This document shows, piece by piece, positions 1-8,600 of a stretch of 64,000 nucleotides of DNA. Each line of letters begins with the position of its first letter. Positions within the stretch are counted from its first letter, which is position 1. The notes under the pieces were generated by a model. The model ran no database searches, had not been told where the DNA came from, and saw only the letters and a program-made list of their open reading frames with translations. The translations under genes and the position numbers were made by a program. The stretch is from Myxococcota bacterium (GTDB lineage Bacteria > Myxococcota_A > UBA9160 > PR03), in assembly GCA_041611735.1 (NCBI GenBank), contig JBFIML010000003.1:64001-128000 (forward strand). The letters run 5' to 3'.

Positions 1-1086
1 CTGTCCTCGCTCCGGGTGGTGAAGGCCTTCGGGCAGGAAGACCGCGAGAAGGACCGCTTCCTGCTCCACTCGGAGCGGACCCTGAGGGGCCAGATCCGGC
101 TGGCCTGGATCAACGGAGGTTTCGACGGGCTGATCGGTCTCATCATCGCGACGGGAACCGCGGTGGCCCTCTTCATCGGCGTGCGCCACGTCCAGTCCGG
201 GGCCTTGACGCTCGGCAACCTGCTGCTCGTGATGGCGTACCTCGCCCAGCTCTACACGCCGCTGCGCACCATCAGCCAGAAGATCGGGGACCTCCAGGCC
301 TCCCTGGCCGGCGCCGAACGGGCCTTCGCCCTGCTCGACCAGGAGCCGGAGGTGGTGGAACGACCGGACGGCCTTCCCGTCGCCCGCGCCGTCGGGGCCG
401 TCGCCTTCCGGGACGTGTGTTTCTCCTACCCCGGCGGTCCGCAGGTGCTCCACGACATCTGCTTCGAGATCGTGCCGGGAGATCGCGTCGGCATCCGGGG
501 GCCCACGGGGGCGGGAAAGAGCACGCTCGTGAGCCTGTTGATGCGGTTCTACGATCCCACCAAGGGCCAGATCCTGCTGGACGGCACGGATCTGCGCGAC
601 CTCCGGCTGGCGGACCTGCGCAGGCAGTTTGCCATCGTGCTCCAGGAGCCGGTCCTCTTCTCGACCAGCGTCGGTGAGAACATCGCCTACGCGCGTCCGG
701 CCGCCAGCCAGGAGGAGATCGTCGCCGCCGCGAGGCTGGCGAATGCCCACGACTTCGTGTCGAGGCTTCCCGAGGGCTACGAGACCCAGGTGGGCGAGCG
801 CGGCATGGCCCTGTCCGGGGGGGAGCGGCAGCGCATCGCCCTGGCGCGAGCCTTCCTGAAGGACGCTCCGATCCTGATCCTCGACGAGCCGACCAGCTCG
901 GTGGACCTCCGCACCGAAGCCGCCATCGTCGAAGCCACGGAAGAGCTCATGAAGGGGCGAACCACCTTCATGATCGCGCATCGCTTGAGCACGCTGCGCG
1001 ATTGCAACGTGGAGTTGTCGGTCGAGCAGGGGCGGATCGCCGTCCGGGAGGCGCCCGCGCGGGCGGCCGCCGGGAGCGCTTCGTGA
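1..1086 (+). CDS. ABC transporter, fused permease/ATP-binding (MsbA-like exporter), 5'-truncated by window
   Basis: Frame open from base 1; last TM helices, then Walker A GPTGAGKST, Q-loop VLQEP, signature LSGGERQR, Walker B ILILDE, IAHRLST. Confidence 0.95.
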   Translation: MSSLRVVKAFGQEDREKDRFLLHSERTLRGQIRLAWINGGFDGLIGLIIATGTAVALFIGVRHVQSGALTLGNLLLVMAYLAQLYTPLRTISQKIGDLQASLAGAERAFALLDQEPEVVERPDGLPVARAVGAVAFRDVCFSYPGGPQVLHDICFEIVPGDRVGIRGPTGAGKSTLVSLLMRFYDPTKGQILLDGTDLRDLRLADLRRQFAIVLQEPVLFSTSVGENIAYARPAASQEEIVAAARLANAHDFVSRLPEGYETQVGERGMALSGGERQRIALARAFLKDAPILILDEPTSSVDLRTEAAIVEATEELMKGRTTFMIAHRLSTLRDCNVELSVEQGRIAVREAPARAAAGSAS

Positions 1087-2213
1087 GCGCGACGGTCTGG
1101 CTGCTGGCCCGGACGCTGTCGACGCCCATGGCGGGGGGCCACGCCTGGGTGTACCTGAACTGGGCCCTGGGACTGCGCGCCCTGGGCTGCCGGGTGGTCT
1201 GGCTCGAGGTGGTCTGGCCCGGCACGCCGGTGGACCGGCTGCAAGCCTGGGTCGACGCCCTGAAGAATCGCCTGCGGCCCTTCGGCCTGGCGGATCGGGT
1301 AGCTCTGTGTTCCGCCGATGGCGAGCCCCTGGCGCCGGAGTGGAACTCGGGATGGCTCGGCTTGGAGGCCGCGGCCGACGCCGACCTGCTCGTCAACATG
1401 GCCTATGGCTCGTCCAAGGTGGTGGCGCCCTTCCGGCGCCGCGTCCTGGTGGACATCGACCCGGGCCTCTGCCAGATCTGGGTCAGCCGCGGCCAGTTCG
1501 AGCTGCCGCCGCACGACCTCTACTTCACGATCGGAGAGACGGTGGGTCGGCCGGAAGCTCGCTTCCCGGATTGCGGTCTCCCCTGGCAGCACCTGCCTCC
1601 CTGCGTCGCCCTGGACTGGTGGCCCACCCGGCGCGCGCCCGATGACGCTCCCTTCACCACGGTTTCCAACTGGATCATGAACGACTACTGCATGGAGGAC
1701 GAGGCCGGCAGCTACGCGAACGACAAACGCAGCGGCTTCCTGCCCTTCCTGGACCTGCCCCGCCACACCCGCCAGCCCCTCGAGCTGACCCTCTCGCTGA
1801 AGTGGGCCGACCAGGAACGCCGGGCCCTGGAGGAGCGCGGCTGGCGGGTGCGCGAGGCCCACGAGACCGTGGCGAACCCGCACGACTACCAGCGCTACGT
1901 CCAAGGCTCCCGCGGCGAGTTCAGCTGCGCCAAGCCGTCCTGCGTGCGGCTGCAGAATGCCTGGATCAGCGACCGCACCCTCTGCTATCTCGCCAGCGGG
2001 AAGCCGGCCGTCGTCCAGCACACGGGTCCGAGCCGCTTCCTGCCCGACGCGGCGGGCTTGTTCCGCTTCTCCACGTTGGCCGAAGCCGCCCGGCATCTGG
2101 AGACCGTTGCGGAAGACTACGAACGCCAGTGCGCACTGGCGCGCGCGCTCGCCGAAGAGCACTTCGACGCTAGCCGGGTGACGTCGCGGCTGCTGGAACA
2201 GGCTTTGGCCTAG
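1083..2213 (+). CDS. Uncharacterised glycosyltransferase-like protein (GT-B fold predicted), paralog 1
   Basis: GTG overlapping upstream stop (GTGA); shares VDxDPGxxQ, TTxxNW, GSRGEFSxAK, WxSDRxxCYLAxGxP motifs with the next gene; glycan-operon context. Confidence 0.7.
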   Translation: MSATVWLLARTLSTPMAGGHAWVYLNWALGLRALGCRVVWLEVVWPGTPVDRLQAWVDALKNRLRPFGLADRVALCSADGEPLAPEWNSGWLGLEAAADADLLVNMAYGSSKVVAPFRRRVLVDIDPGLCQIWVSRGQFELPPHDLYFTIGETVGRPEARFPDCGLPWQHLPPCVALDWWPTRRAPDDAPFTTVSNWIMNDYCMEDEAGSYANDKRSGFLPFLDLPRHTRQPLELTLSLKWADQERRALEERGWRVREAHETVANPHDYQRYVQGSRGEFSCAKPSCVRLQNAWISDRTLCYLASGKPAVVQHTGPSRFLPDAAGLFRFSTLAEAARHLETVAEDYERQCALARALAEEHFDASRVTSRLLEQALA

Positions 2214-2262
2214 TGGCCTCCCCCTGGGCGGCTCCGAACCCGAAGAAGGATGGGTACCTCGC

Positions 2263-3447
2263 ATGGCCCGAATCGTGATCAACGGCTACATGATCCGGCA
2301 TCCCGTCGCCGGGAACACCATGGCCTACCTGCACTACGTGCTCGGCTTCGCTCGCCTTGGGCACGAGGTTGTGTACGTGGAAGAAAGCGGCTGGCCGAAC
2401 TCGTGCTACGACCCCTACAAGCACGAGATGGGTGACGACCCCAGCACCGGGATGGCGGTGGTTTCGGCCCTCGCCAGGCAGTACGGGCTCGAGCTCCCCC
2501 TGTACTACGTGAACCGGGACACCCAGGCGGTGCATGGCGGCGAGTGGAGCGACTTGACCCGCCACCTGGACGCGGCGGATCTTCTCCTCAACGTGGGCGG
2601 CGTGTGCTGGCTGCCCGACTTCCTGCGCTGCCAGCGCCGCGCCTACGTGGACATGGACCCCGGGTTCACCCAGCTGGGGCGCTTCGGAGCCGAGGCCGTG
2701 GCGAACCACCAGGTGCATTTCACCTACGGAGCCAACTTCCAGCAGCCGGATTGCTCGATCCCGGACGACGGCATCGACTGGCGGCCGACCGTCCCCCCGG
2801 TCGTCACCGACCTCTGGAACGGGGCCGTCCCGGCCGAGCCGGCGGACTCGTCCGGGAAGCTCCAGAACGGCTCGCTCACGACCATCACCAACTGGAACCC
2901 GTACGGCTCGGTCACCCATGGGGGCCGCCGCTTCGGCCAGAAGGACGAGGAGTTCCTGCGTATCCTCGAACTCCCGCGGCGCACTTCGCAGGCCATCGAG
3001 CTCACCCTCTCCGGCGCCGGCGCCGACGTGGAGCAGCGCCTGCGAACCGCCGGCTGGCGGATTCGTCCGGCGCGGGAGGTCAGCTCCCACTTCCGGACGT
3101 ATCACGCCTACATCATGGGATCGCGCGGGGAGTTCAGCGTGGCCAAGCACGGCTATGTGGTCACCCGCAGCGGCTGGTTCAGCGACCGGAGCGTCTGCTA
3201 TCTCGCGGCCGGTCGACCCACGATCCTCCAGGACACGGGCTTCAGCAGCTGGCTCCCCACCGGGCGGGGCGTACTCGCCTTCTCGAACCTCGAAGAGGCG
3301 GTCGGCTGCATCGACGCCCTCAATGCCGACTATGCGGGTCACTGCACAGCGGCCCGCGAGATCGCCGAGACCACGTTCGGCTACCGCGCGGTGCTGCCCA
3401 GATTGCTGGACCAGGCGCTGGGCGGACCGGCTTCGAGCCGCGCGTGA
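2263..3447 (+). CDS. Uncharacterised glycosyltransferase-like protein (GT-B fold predicted), paralog 2
   Basis: N-terminal RIVINGY...HPVAG...YVLGFARLGHEVVYVEE is typical of GT-B N-domains; C-terminal GSRGEFSVAKHGYV...WFSDRSVCYLAAGRP. Confidence 0.72.
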   Translation: MARIVINGYMIRHPVAGNTMAYLHYVLGFARLGHEVVYVEESGWPNSCYDPYKHEMGDDPSTGMAVVSALARQYGLELPLYYVNRDTQAVHGGEWSDLTRHLDAADLLLNVGGVCWLPDFLRCQRRAYVDMDPGFTQLGRFGAEAVANHQVHFTYGANFQQPDCSIPDDGIDWRPTVPPVVTDLWNGAVPAEPADSSGKLQNGSLTTITNWNPYGSVTHGGRRFGQKDEEFLRILELPRRTSQAIELTLSGAGADVEQRLRTAGWRIRPAREVSSHFRTYHAYIMGSRGEFSVAKHGYVVTRSGWFSDRSVCYLAAGRPTILQDTGFSSWLPTGRGVLAFSNLEEAVGCIDALNADYAGHCTAAREIAETTFGYRAVLPRLLDQALGGPASSRA

Positions 3448-3485
3448 GCGATCCGCGCCGCCCAGCAAGGACCGAGATCGGGAGG

Positions 3486-4784
3486 ATGCCGAGCGTGCCC
3501 GACGGACCCCGGGTCAGCATCGGCCTCCCCGTCTACGACGGCCAGAACTTTCTCGAGCCGGCGATCCGCTCGCTGCTCGACCAGACCTATCGGGACTTCG
3601 AGCTGATCATCTCCGACAACGCCTCCACCGACCGCACGCCCGAGATCTGCCGCGCCCATGCGGAACGAGACGCTCGGGTCCGCTACTCGCGCAATGCCAC
3701 CAACATCGGCGCGGCACCGAACTACAACCGCGTGTTCGAGCAGGCGCGGGGCCGCTACTTCAAGTGGGCGGCCCACGACGACGTGTGCCGGCCGGATTTT
3801 CTGCGTCGTTGCGTGCAGGCCCTGGAGTCCGATCCCGGAGCCGTGCTGGCCTTCACCCGGACCGCCACCATCGACGAGCGGGACCAGGTGATCAAGGAAT
3901 GGGAGGCGCGGCCGGCGTTCGCCGCAGGGAGCCCGCAGCAACGCTTCCGAGAGGCCCTGCGGCCCCGGGAGACGCACCCGATCTGGGGACTGATGAGAGT
4001 GGAGGTCCTGCGGCGAACTCCCTTGTTCGGCAGCTATCCCGGGCATGATCTCCCACTGCTGGCCGAGCTGGCCCTGCTTGGCCGCTTTCACGAGATTCCC
4101 GAGGTGCTCTTCCTGCAGCGCGAGCACCGCGGCCGTTCCGTACGGCGATACGACTTCCGCAATCCCCATCGCGCCGTGGTCTGGTACGATCCGAGCAAGG
4201 CAGGCAGACTGATCTTTCCGCGCTGGCGACTGCTGGCCGAGTACGCCGCCGCGATCCGGCGCGCGCCGCTTCGCGCCGGGGAGCGCCTGCGCTGCTGGCG
4301 AGAGCTGTTGCCCTGGTTGCGCGGCTCGGCCGCGGCCCTGCTGGGGGACCTGATCTGGGCCATGGGGCGCATCCCCGGATTGGGAAAGCCGATGCGCGCC
4401 GGCTACCGGCGGGTGGTTCACGCCCTGGAGCAGGCCCGGCTGCGCCGGGTGGCGCGGGGCATCCGCGCGGTCACCGACGATCGGGACGTCGTCCTCCTCG
4501 TCGGGGACTGCTGGTTCGAGAGCGAGAAGTTCCTGCGCCGGAAGACGCTGCCGTTCCTGGAACGCGGGGGCCGCTACTTCGGGGCCCCAGCCGACGATGA
4601 GACGGCCATCCGCGAACTCGAGCGGATGCGGCGCGAGGGAGCCACCCACATGGTATTCGCCTGGCCCAGCTTCTGGTGGCTCGACCACTACACGAAGCTC
4701 GGCGAGTACCTGCGTTCCCACTTCCACACCGTGCTCGAGGACCGACGTGTGGTCGCCTTCGAGCTGCACGCGCCCCGGAGTTGA
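3486..4784 (+). CDS. Glycosyltransferase family 2 with additional C-terminal domain
   Basis: ATG at 3486; VSIGLPVYDG, ISDNASTD, FKWAAHDD GT-A motifs. Confidence 0.9.
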   Translation: MPSVPDGPRVSIGLPVYDGQNFLEPAIRSLLDQTYRDFELIISDNASTDRTPEICRAHAERDARVRYSRNATNIGAAPNYNRVFEQARGRYFKWAAHDDVCRPDFLRRCVQALESDPGAVLAFTRTATIDERDQVIKEWEARPAFAAGSPQQRFREALRPRETHPIWGLMRVEVLRRTPLFGSYPGHDLPLLAELALLGRFHEIPEVLFLQREHRGRSVRRYDFRNPHRAVVWYDPSKAGRLIFPRWRLLAEYAAAIRRAPLRAGERLRCWRELLPWLRGSAAALLGDLIWAMGRIPGLGKPMRAGYRRVVHALEQARLRRVARGIRAVTDDRDVVLLVGDCWFESEKFLRRKTLPFLERGGRYFGAPADDETAIRELERMRREGATHMVFAWPSFWWLDHYTKLGEYLRSHFHTVLEDRRVVAFELHAPRS

Positions 4785-4786
4785 GC

Positions 4787-6058
4787 ATGGCCATCCAGAC
4801 GATCCAGCCGCGGCCGGCCCTCGAGCAGGCCGTGGCGTGCCGGGCCTGCGGGCACCCCCTCGGTGAGCCCTTCCTGGACCTCGGCATGATGCCCCTGGTG
4901 AACAGCTACCGCTCACCCGAGAGGCTGGCCGAGGCGGAGCCCTTCTTTCCGCTCCGGGTCCAGTTCTGTGAGCGCTGCTACCTGGTGCAGCTCGAGCACG
5001 TCGCGTGTCCGGACCAGGTGTTCAGCGAGTACGCCTATTTCTCGTCGTACTCCGACAGCTGGCTTCGCCACGCACGACAGTACTGCCACGACATGGTCCG
5101 CCGCCTCGGACTGACGCCGGAGCAGCACGTGGTCGAGATCGCCAGCAACGACGGGTACCTGCTGCAACACTTCGTGCCGTTCGGAATCCCCGTGCTCGGC
5201 ATCGAGCCGGCGGCCAACGTGGCCGCCGTCGCCCGGGAGAAGGGCATCGAGACGCTGGTCGCCTTCTTCGGGGAAGAGACGGCGCGGCGGCTGCGGGATG
5301 CCGGGAAGACCGCGGACCTCCTGGTGGCGAACAACGTGCTCGGCCACGTGCCGCGGCCCGACGATTTCCTCGCGGGAGTGAGCGTGCTGCTCGAGGCCCG
5401 CGGCGTGGCCACCTTCGAGTTCCCCCACCTGCTCCGGCTCGTGGTGGAGACGCAGTTCGATACCATCTATCACGAGCACGTCTCCTACCTCTCGCTGCAT
5501 GCGCTGGACGGCCTGCTGGCCGCCTGCGGCCTGGTTGCCTTCGACGTCGAGGAGCTCCCGACGCACGGGGGCTCGCTGCGGGTCCACGTGTGCCACGCCG
5601 GGCGCGCCGCGCGGGCTCCGACGCCCGCCGTGGAGGCCGTGCGCGAGCACGAGCGGGCGGCCGGAGTGACGCGGAGCGAACGTCTGCACCGCTTCGCCGC
5701 CGACGTGGTGCGGGTCAAGTGCGGGTTGCTGGAGTTCCTGAGCGATGCCAGGCGCCAGGGCCTGCGCAGCGCGGCCTACGGGGCGGCCGCCAAGGGAACG
5801 GTGCTCCTCAACTACTGCGGCGTCGGACGCGAGTTCGTGGAGTTCGTCGTGGACCGCAGCCCCCACAAGCAGGGGCGCTTCGTCCCGGGCACGCTGATCC
5901 CCATTCGCGACCCCTCGGTCGTCTTCCAGGAGCGGCCCGACCTGCTCCTGATCCTGCCCTGGAACCTGCGCGAGGAGATCATGCAGCAGATGTCGGGCAT
6001 CCGGAGCTGGGGAGGGCACTTCGTGGTGCCCGTGCCGGAGGTCCAGGTCCATGCCTGA
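4787..6058 (+). CDS. NDP-sugar C-methyltransferase (Zn-binding N-domain, SAM domain, C-terminal domain)
   Basis: CRACG...CERC Zn motif, VEIASNDG, FDTIYHEHVSY, YGAAAKG, VDRSPHKQG, ILPWNL. Confidence 0.92.
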   Translation: MAIQTIQPRPALEQAVACRACGHPLGEPFLDLGMMPLVNSYRSPERLAEAEPFFPLRVQFCERCYLVQLEHVACPDQVFSEYAYFSSYSDSWLRHARQYCHDMVRRLGLTPEQHVVEIASNDGYLLQHFVPFGIPVLGIEPAANVAAVAREKGIETLVAFFGEETARRLRDAGKTADLLVANNVLGHVPRPDDFLAGVSVLLEARGVATFEFPHLLRLVVETQFDTIYHEHVSYLSLHALDGLLAACGLVAFDVEELPTHGGSLRVHVCHAGRAARAPTPAVEAVREHERAAGVTRSERLHRFAADVVRVKCGLLEFLSDARRQGLRSAAYGAAAKGTVLLNYCGVGREFVEFVVDRSPHKQGRFVPGTLIPIRDPSVVFQERPDLLLILPWNLREEIMQQMSGIRSWGGHFVVPVPEVQVHA

Positions 6059-7415
6059 CGCCCGGGACCTGAGCGCCTTTCGCAGCGAGATGGACGCCCA
6101 GTCGATCGGCGCGCACATGCACGGCCTGATGGCAGAGCTCTACCCGATCTGCCGCAGCCTCACCGGGGACGGGGTTCGCGAGACCTTGCGCATCCTTCGC
6201 AAGCAGGTGCCGCTCACCGTGCACGAAGTACCCACCGGCACCCAGGTCTTCGACTGGGTGGTGCCCAGGGAGTGGAACGTACGCGACGCCTGGATCAAGG
6301 ACTCGACGGGCCGGCGGGTGGTGGATTTCCAGCGCTGCAACCTGCACGTGGTGGGCTACAGCGTGCCCGTGCGTGCGCGACTCTCGCTCGAGGAGCTCAA
6401 GCCGCACCTGTTCACGCTTCCGGAGCACCCGGATTGGATCCCGTTCCGCACCTCCTACTACCACGAGGACTGGGGATTCTGCCTGACCCACAATCAGTTG
6501 CAGGCGCTCGGGGAGGGACAATACGAGGTCTGCATCGACTCGAGCTTGAGCGAGGGAAGCCTGACCTACGGGGAGTTCGTGATCCAGGGAAGCACCGCGG
6601 ACGAGATCCTGATCTCCTGCCACGTGTGCCATCCGTCGCTCTGCAACGAGAACCTTTCCGGGGTGGTGCTGGCGTCGCTCCTGGCGCGTTCGCTGGCCGG
6701 ACTGGCGCTTCGCTACACGTATCGCTTCCTCTTCATCCCGACCACCATCGGATCGATCACCTGGCTGGCCCGGAATCGCGAGCGCGCAGCGTCCATCCGG
6801 CACGGCCTCGTCGTGGCCTGCGTCGGCGATCCCGGCCAACTCCACTACAAACGCAGCCGGCGCGGCGACGCCGAGATCGACCGGGCGGCAGCCCACGTGT
6901 TGGAGCACTGCGGCGACGGATTCGAGATCTCCGACTTCAGCCCCTACGGGTTCGACGAACGCCAGTACAGCTCACCGGGCTTCGACCTGCCGGTCGGCGT
7001 GCTGACCCGCTCGACCCATGACGGCTTTGCCCAGTATCACACCTCGGCCGACGATCTCGACCTCGTCCGGCCGGAGTATCTGGCGGATTCCTTCGAGAAG
7101 TACGTCGCCATCCTCGACGTGCTGGAGAACAACGTCCGCTACGAATCCCTGAACCCCTACGGCGAGCCCCAGCTGGGTCGGCGCGGCCTCTACCGCAGGA
7201 TCGCTGGTCAGGCCGACGGGCGCAGCCGGGAGCTCCCGCTTCTCTGGGTCCTCAATCTGGCCGATGGCACGCACACGCTGCTGGACATCGCGCAGCGGGC
7301 CCGCCTGCCCTTCGATCTGATCAAGCAGGCGGCCGACGCACTGCGCGAAGCCGGGTTGCTGGCACGCTGCGGGGAGAGCGGGAGTGGCTGCGGGAAGCAC
7401 TGGAAGAGGAGCTGA
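6051..7415 (+). CDS. DUF4910-family aminopeptidase-like protein of polysaccharide clusters, with C-terminal HTH
   Basis: LYPICRSLTGDGVRETL, VFDWVVPREW, RTSYY...WGFC, CHPSLCNENLSG, DERQYSSPGFDLP, YHTSADD, GEPQLGRRGLY. Confidence 0.88.
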   Translation: MPDARDLSAFRSEMDAQSIGAHMHGLMAELYPICRSLTGDGVRETLRILRKQVPLTVHEVPTGTQVFDWVVPREWNVRDAWIKDSTGRRVVDFQRCNLHVVGYSVPVRARLSLEELKPHLFTLPEHPDWIPFRTSYYHEDWGFCLTHNQLQALGEGQYEVCIDSSLSEGSLTYGEFVIQGSTADEILISCHVCHPSLCNENLSGVVLASLLARSLAGLALRYTYRFLFIPTTIGSITWLARNRERAASIRHGLVVACVGDPGQLHYKRSRRGDAEIDRAAAHVLEHCGDGFEISDFSPYGFDERQYSSPGFDLPVGVLTRSTHDGFAQYHTSADDLDLVRPEYLADSFEKYVAILDVLENNVRYESLNPYGEPQLGRRGLYRRIAGQADGRSRELPLLWVLNLADGTHTLLDIAQRARLPFDLIKQAADALREAGLLARCGESGSGCGKHWKRS

Positions 7416-7419
7416 GGCG

Positions 7420-8529
7420 ATGCGGATTCTGATCACCGGGCACGACGGCTACATCGGAGCCGTGATGGGGAAGTTGTTCGAGGCGGCCGGCCACGAGGTG
7501 CACGGACTCGATACGGGCTGGTTTCGGCACTGCGTCTTCGGTGGCGAGCCGCCGAGGGTCGAAGAGTGGATGGTCGACGTGCGCGACGCGGACGAGTCGG
7601 AGTTCTCGGGGCGCTTCCGAGGCTTCGATGCCCTCCTGCACCTGGCGGCCTTGTCGAACGACCCGTTGGGCGCACTGAGCCCCGACAGTACCCACGAGAT
7701 CAATCACCGGGCATCCGTCCACATGGCCCGGCTGGCGAAGCGCGCGGGGATCCAGCGCTTCGTCTTCTCTTCTTCTTGTAGCCTGTATGGAGCGGCGGAC
7801 GGCGCCACGGAGCTTGACGAATCGGCCCCGATGTGTCCAGTCACCGCCTATGGCGAGACGAAGATCCTGGCGGAGCGGGAGATCGCGCAGCTGGCGGACG
7901 CCAGCTTCAGCCCCACCTTCCTGCGCAATGCAACGGCCTACGGCATCTCGCCGCGTCTCCGCACCGATCTCGTGGTCAACGACCTGGTGGGTCACGCGGT
8001 CACGTCCGGAGAGGTGCTCTTGAAGAGCGACGGGACCCCGTGGCGGCCGCTGGTCCACGTGGAGGACATCGGCCGGGCGTTTCTGGCCGTGGCCCAGGCA
8101 CCGCGAGAGAGCGTCCACAACGAGGTGTTCAACATCGGGCGTCCCGGCGAGAACTACCAGGTCCGGCAGATCGCCGAGCTGGTGACGGAGATCGTCCCGG
8201 GAAGCCGCGTGACCTTCGCAGCCGGGGCGGCACCCGACCGACGCAATTATCGGGTGGATTTCTCGAAGGCGGCCCACCGCCTGCCGGGATTCGAACCGCG
8301 TTGGACCCTGCGGCGGGGGATCGAGGAGGTCTACGCGGCCTTCCGCCAACACCTGAGCCCGGAGCTGTTCGGGAGCTCGCGGTACGTGCGGCTCCCGCAG
8401 CTTCATGGGCTTCGGGCGGCAGGGGCGCTGGATGCCACGCTGCGCTGGTGCCCGCAGCCGGATGCCCCCTCGAGAGTCCGGGATCGGTCCGCCACCACCC
8501 TGGAAAGCGCTGAAGAATCGGCATCTTGA
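7420..8529 (+). CDS. NAD-dependent epimerase/dehydratase (extended SDR)
   Basis: ILITGHDGYIG, HLAALSNDP, SSSCSLYG, YGETK catalytic YxxxK. Confidence 0.93.
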   Translation: MRILITGHDGYIGAVMGKLFEAAGHEVHGLDTGWFRHCVFGGEPPRVEEWMVDVRDADESEFSGRFRGFDALLHLAALSNDPLGALSPDSTHEINHRASVHMARLAKRAGIQRFVFSSSCSLYGAADGATELDESAPMCPVTAYGETKILAEREIAQLADASFSPTFLRNATAYGISPRLRTDLVVNDLVGHAVTSGEVLLKSDGTPWRPLVHVEDIGRAFLAVAQAPRESVHNEVFNIGRPGENYQVRQIAELVTEIVPGSRVTFAAGAAPDRRNYRVDFSKAAHRLPGFEPRWTLRRGIEEVYAAFRQHLSPELFGSSRYVRLPQLHGLRAAGALDATLRWCPQPDAPSRVRDRSATTLESAEESAS

Positions 8530-8600
8530 GCCTGGGGGCCGAGGCGGCGCGGCTCGCGCCGGCCGGCTTTTCCCTATCCTGCGCGCACACAGGGGGACCC

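Noticed and set aside
2544-3485. Long N-terminal extensions in the ORF track (this one and those of 25782, 29900, 31916, 36974, 37558, 38731, 50489, 63950) suggesting fusion proteins
   Set aside because: The extensions overlap neighbouring real genes in another frame or strand; family homology begins at the downstream starts annotated
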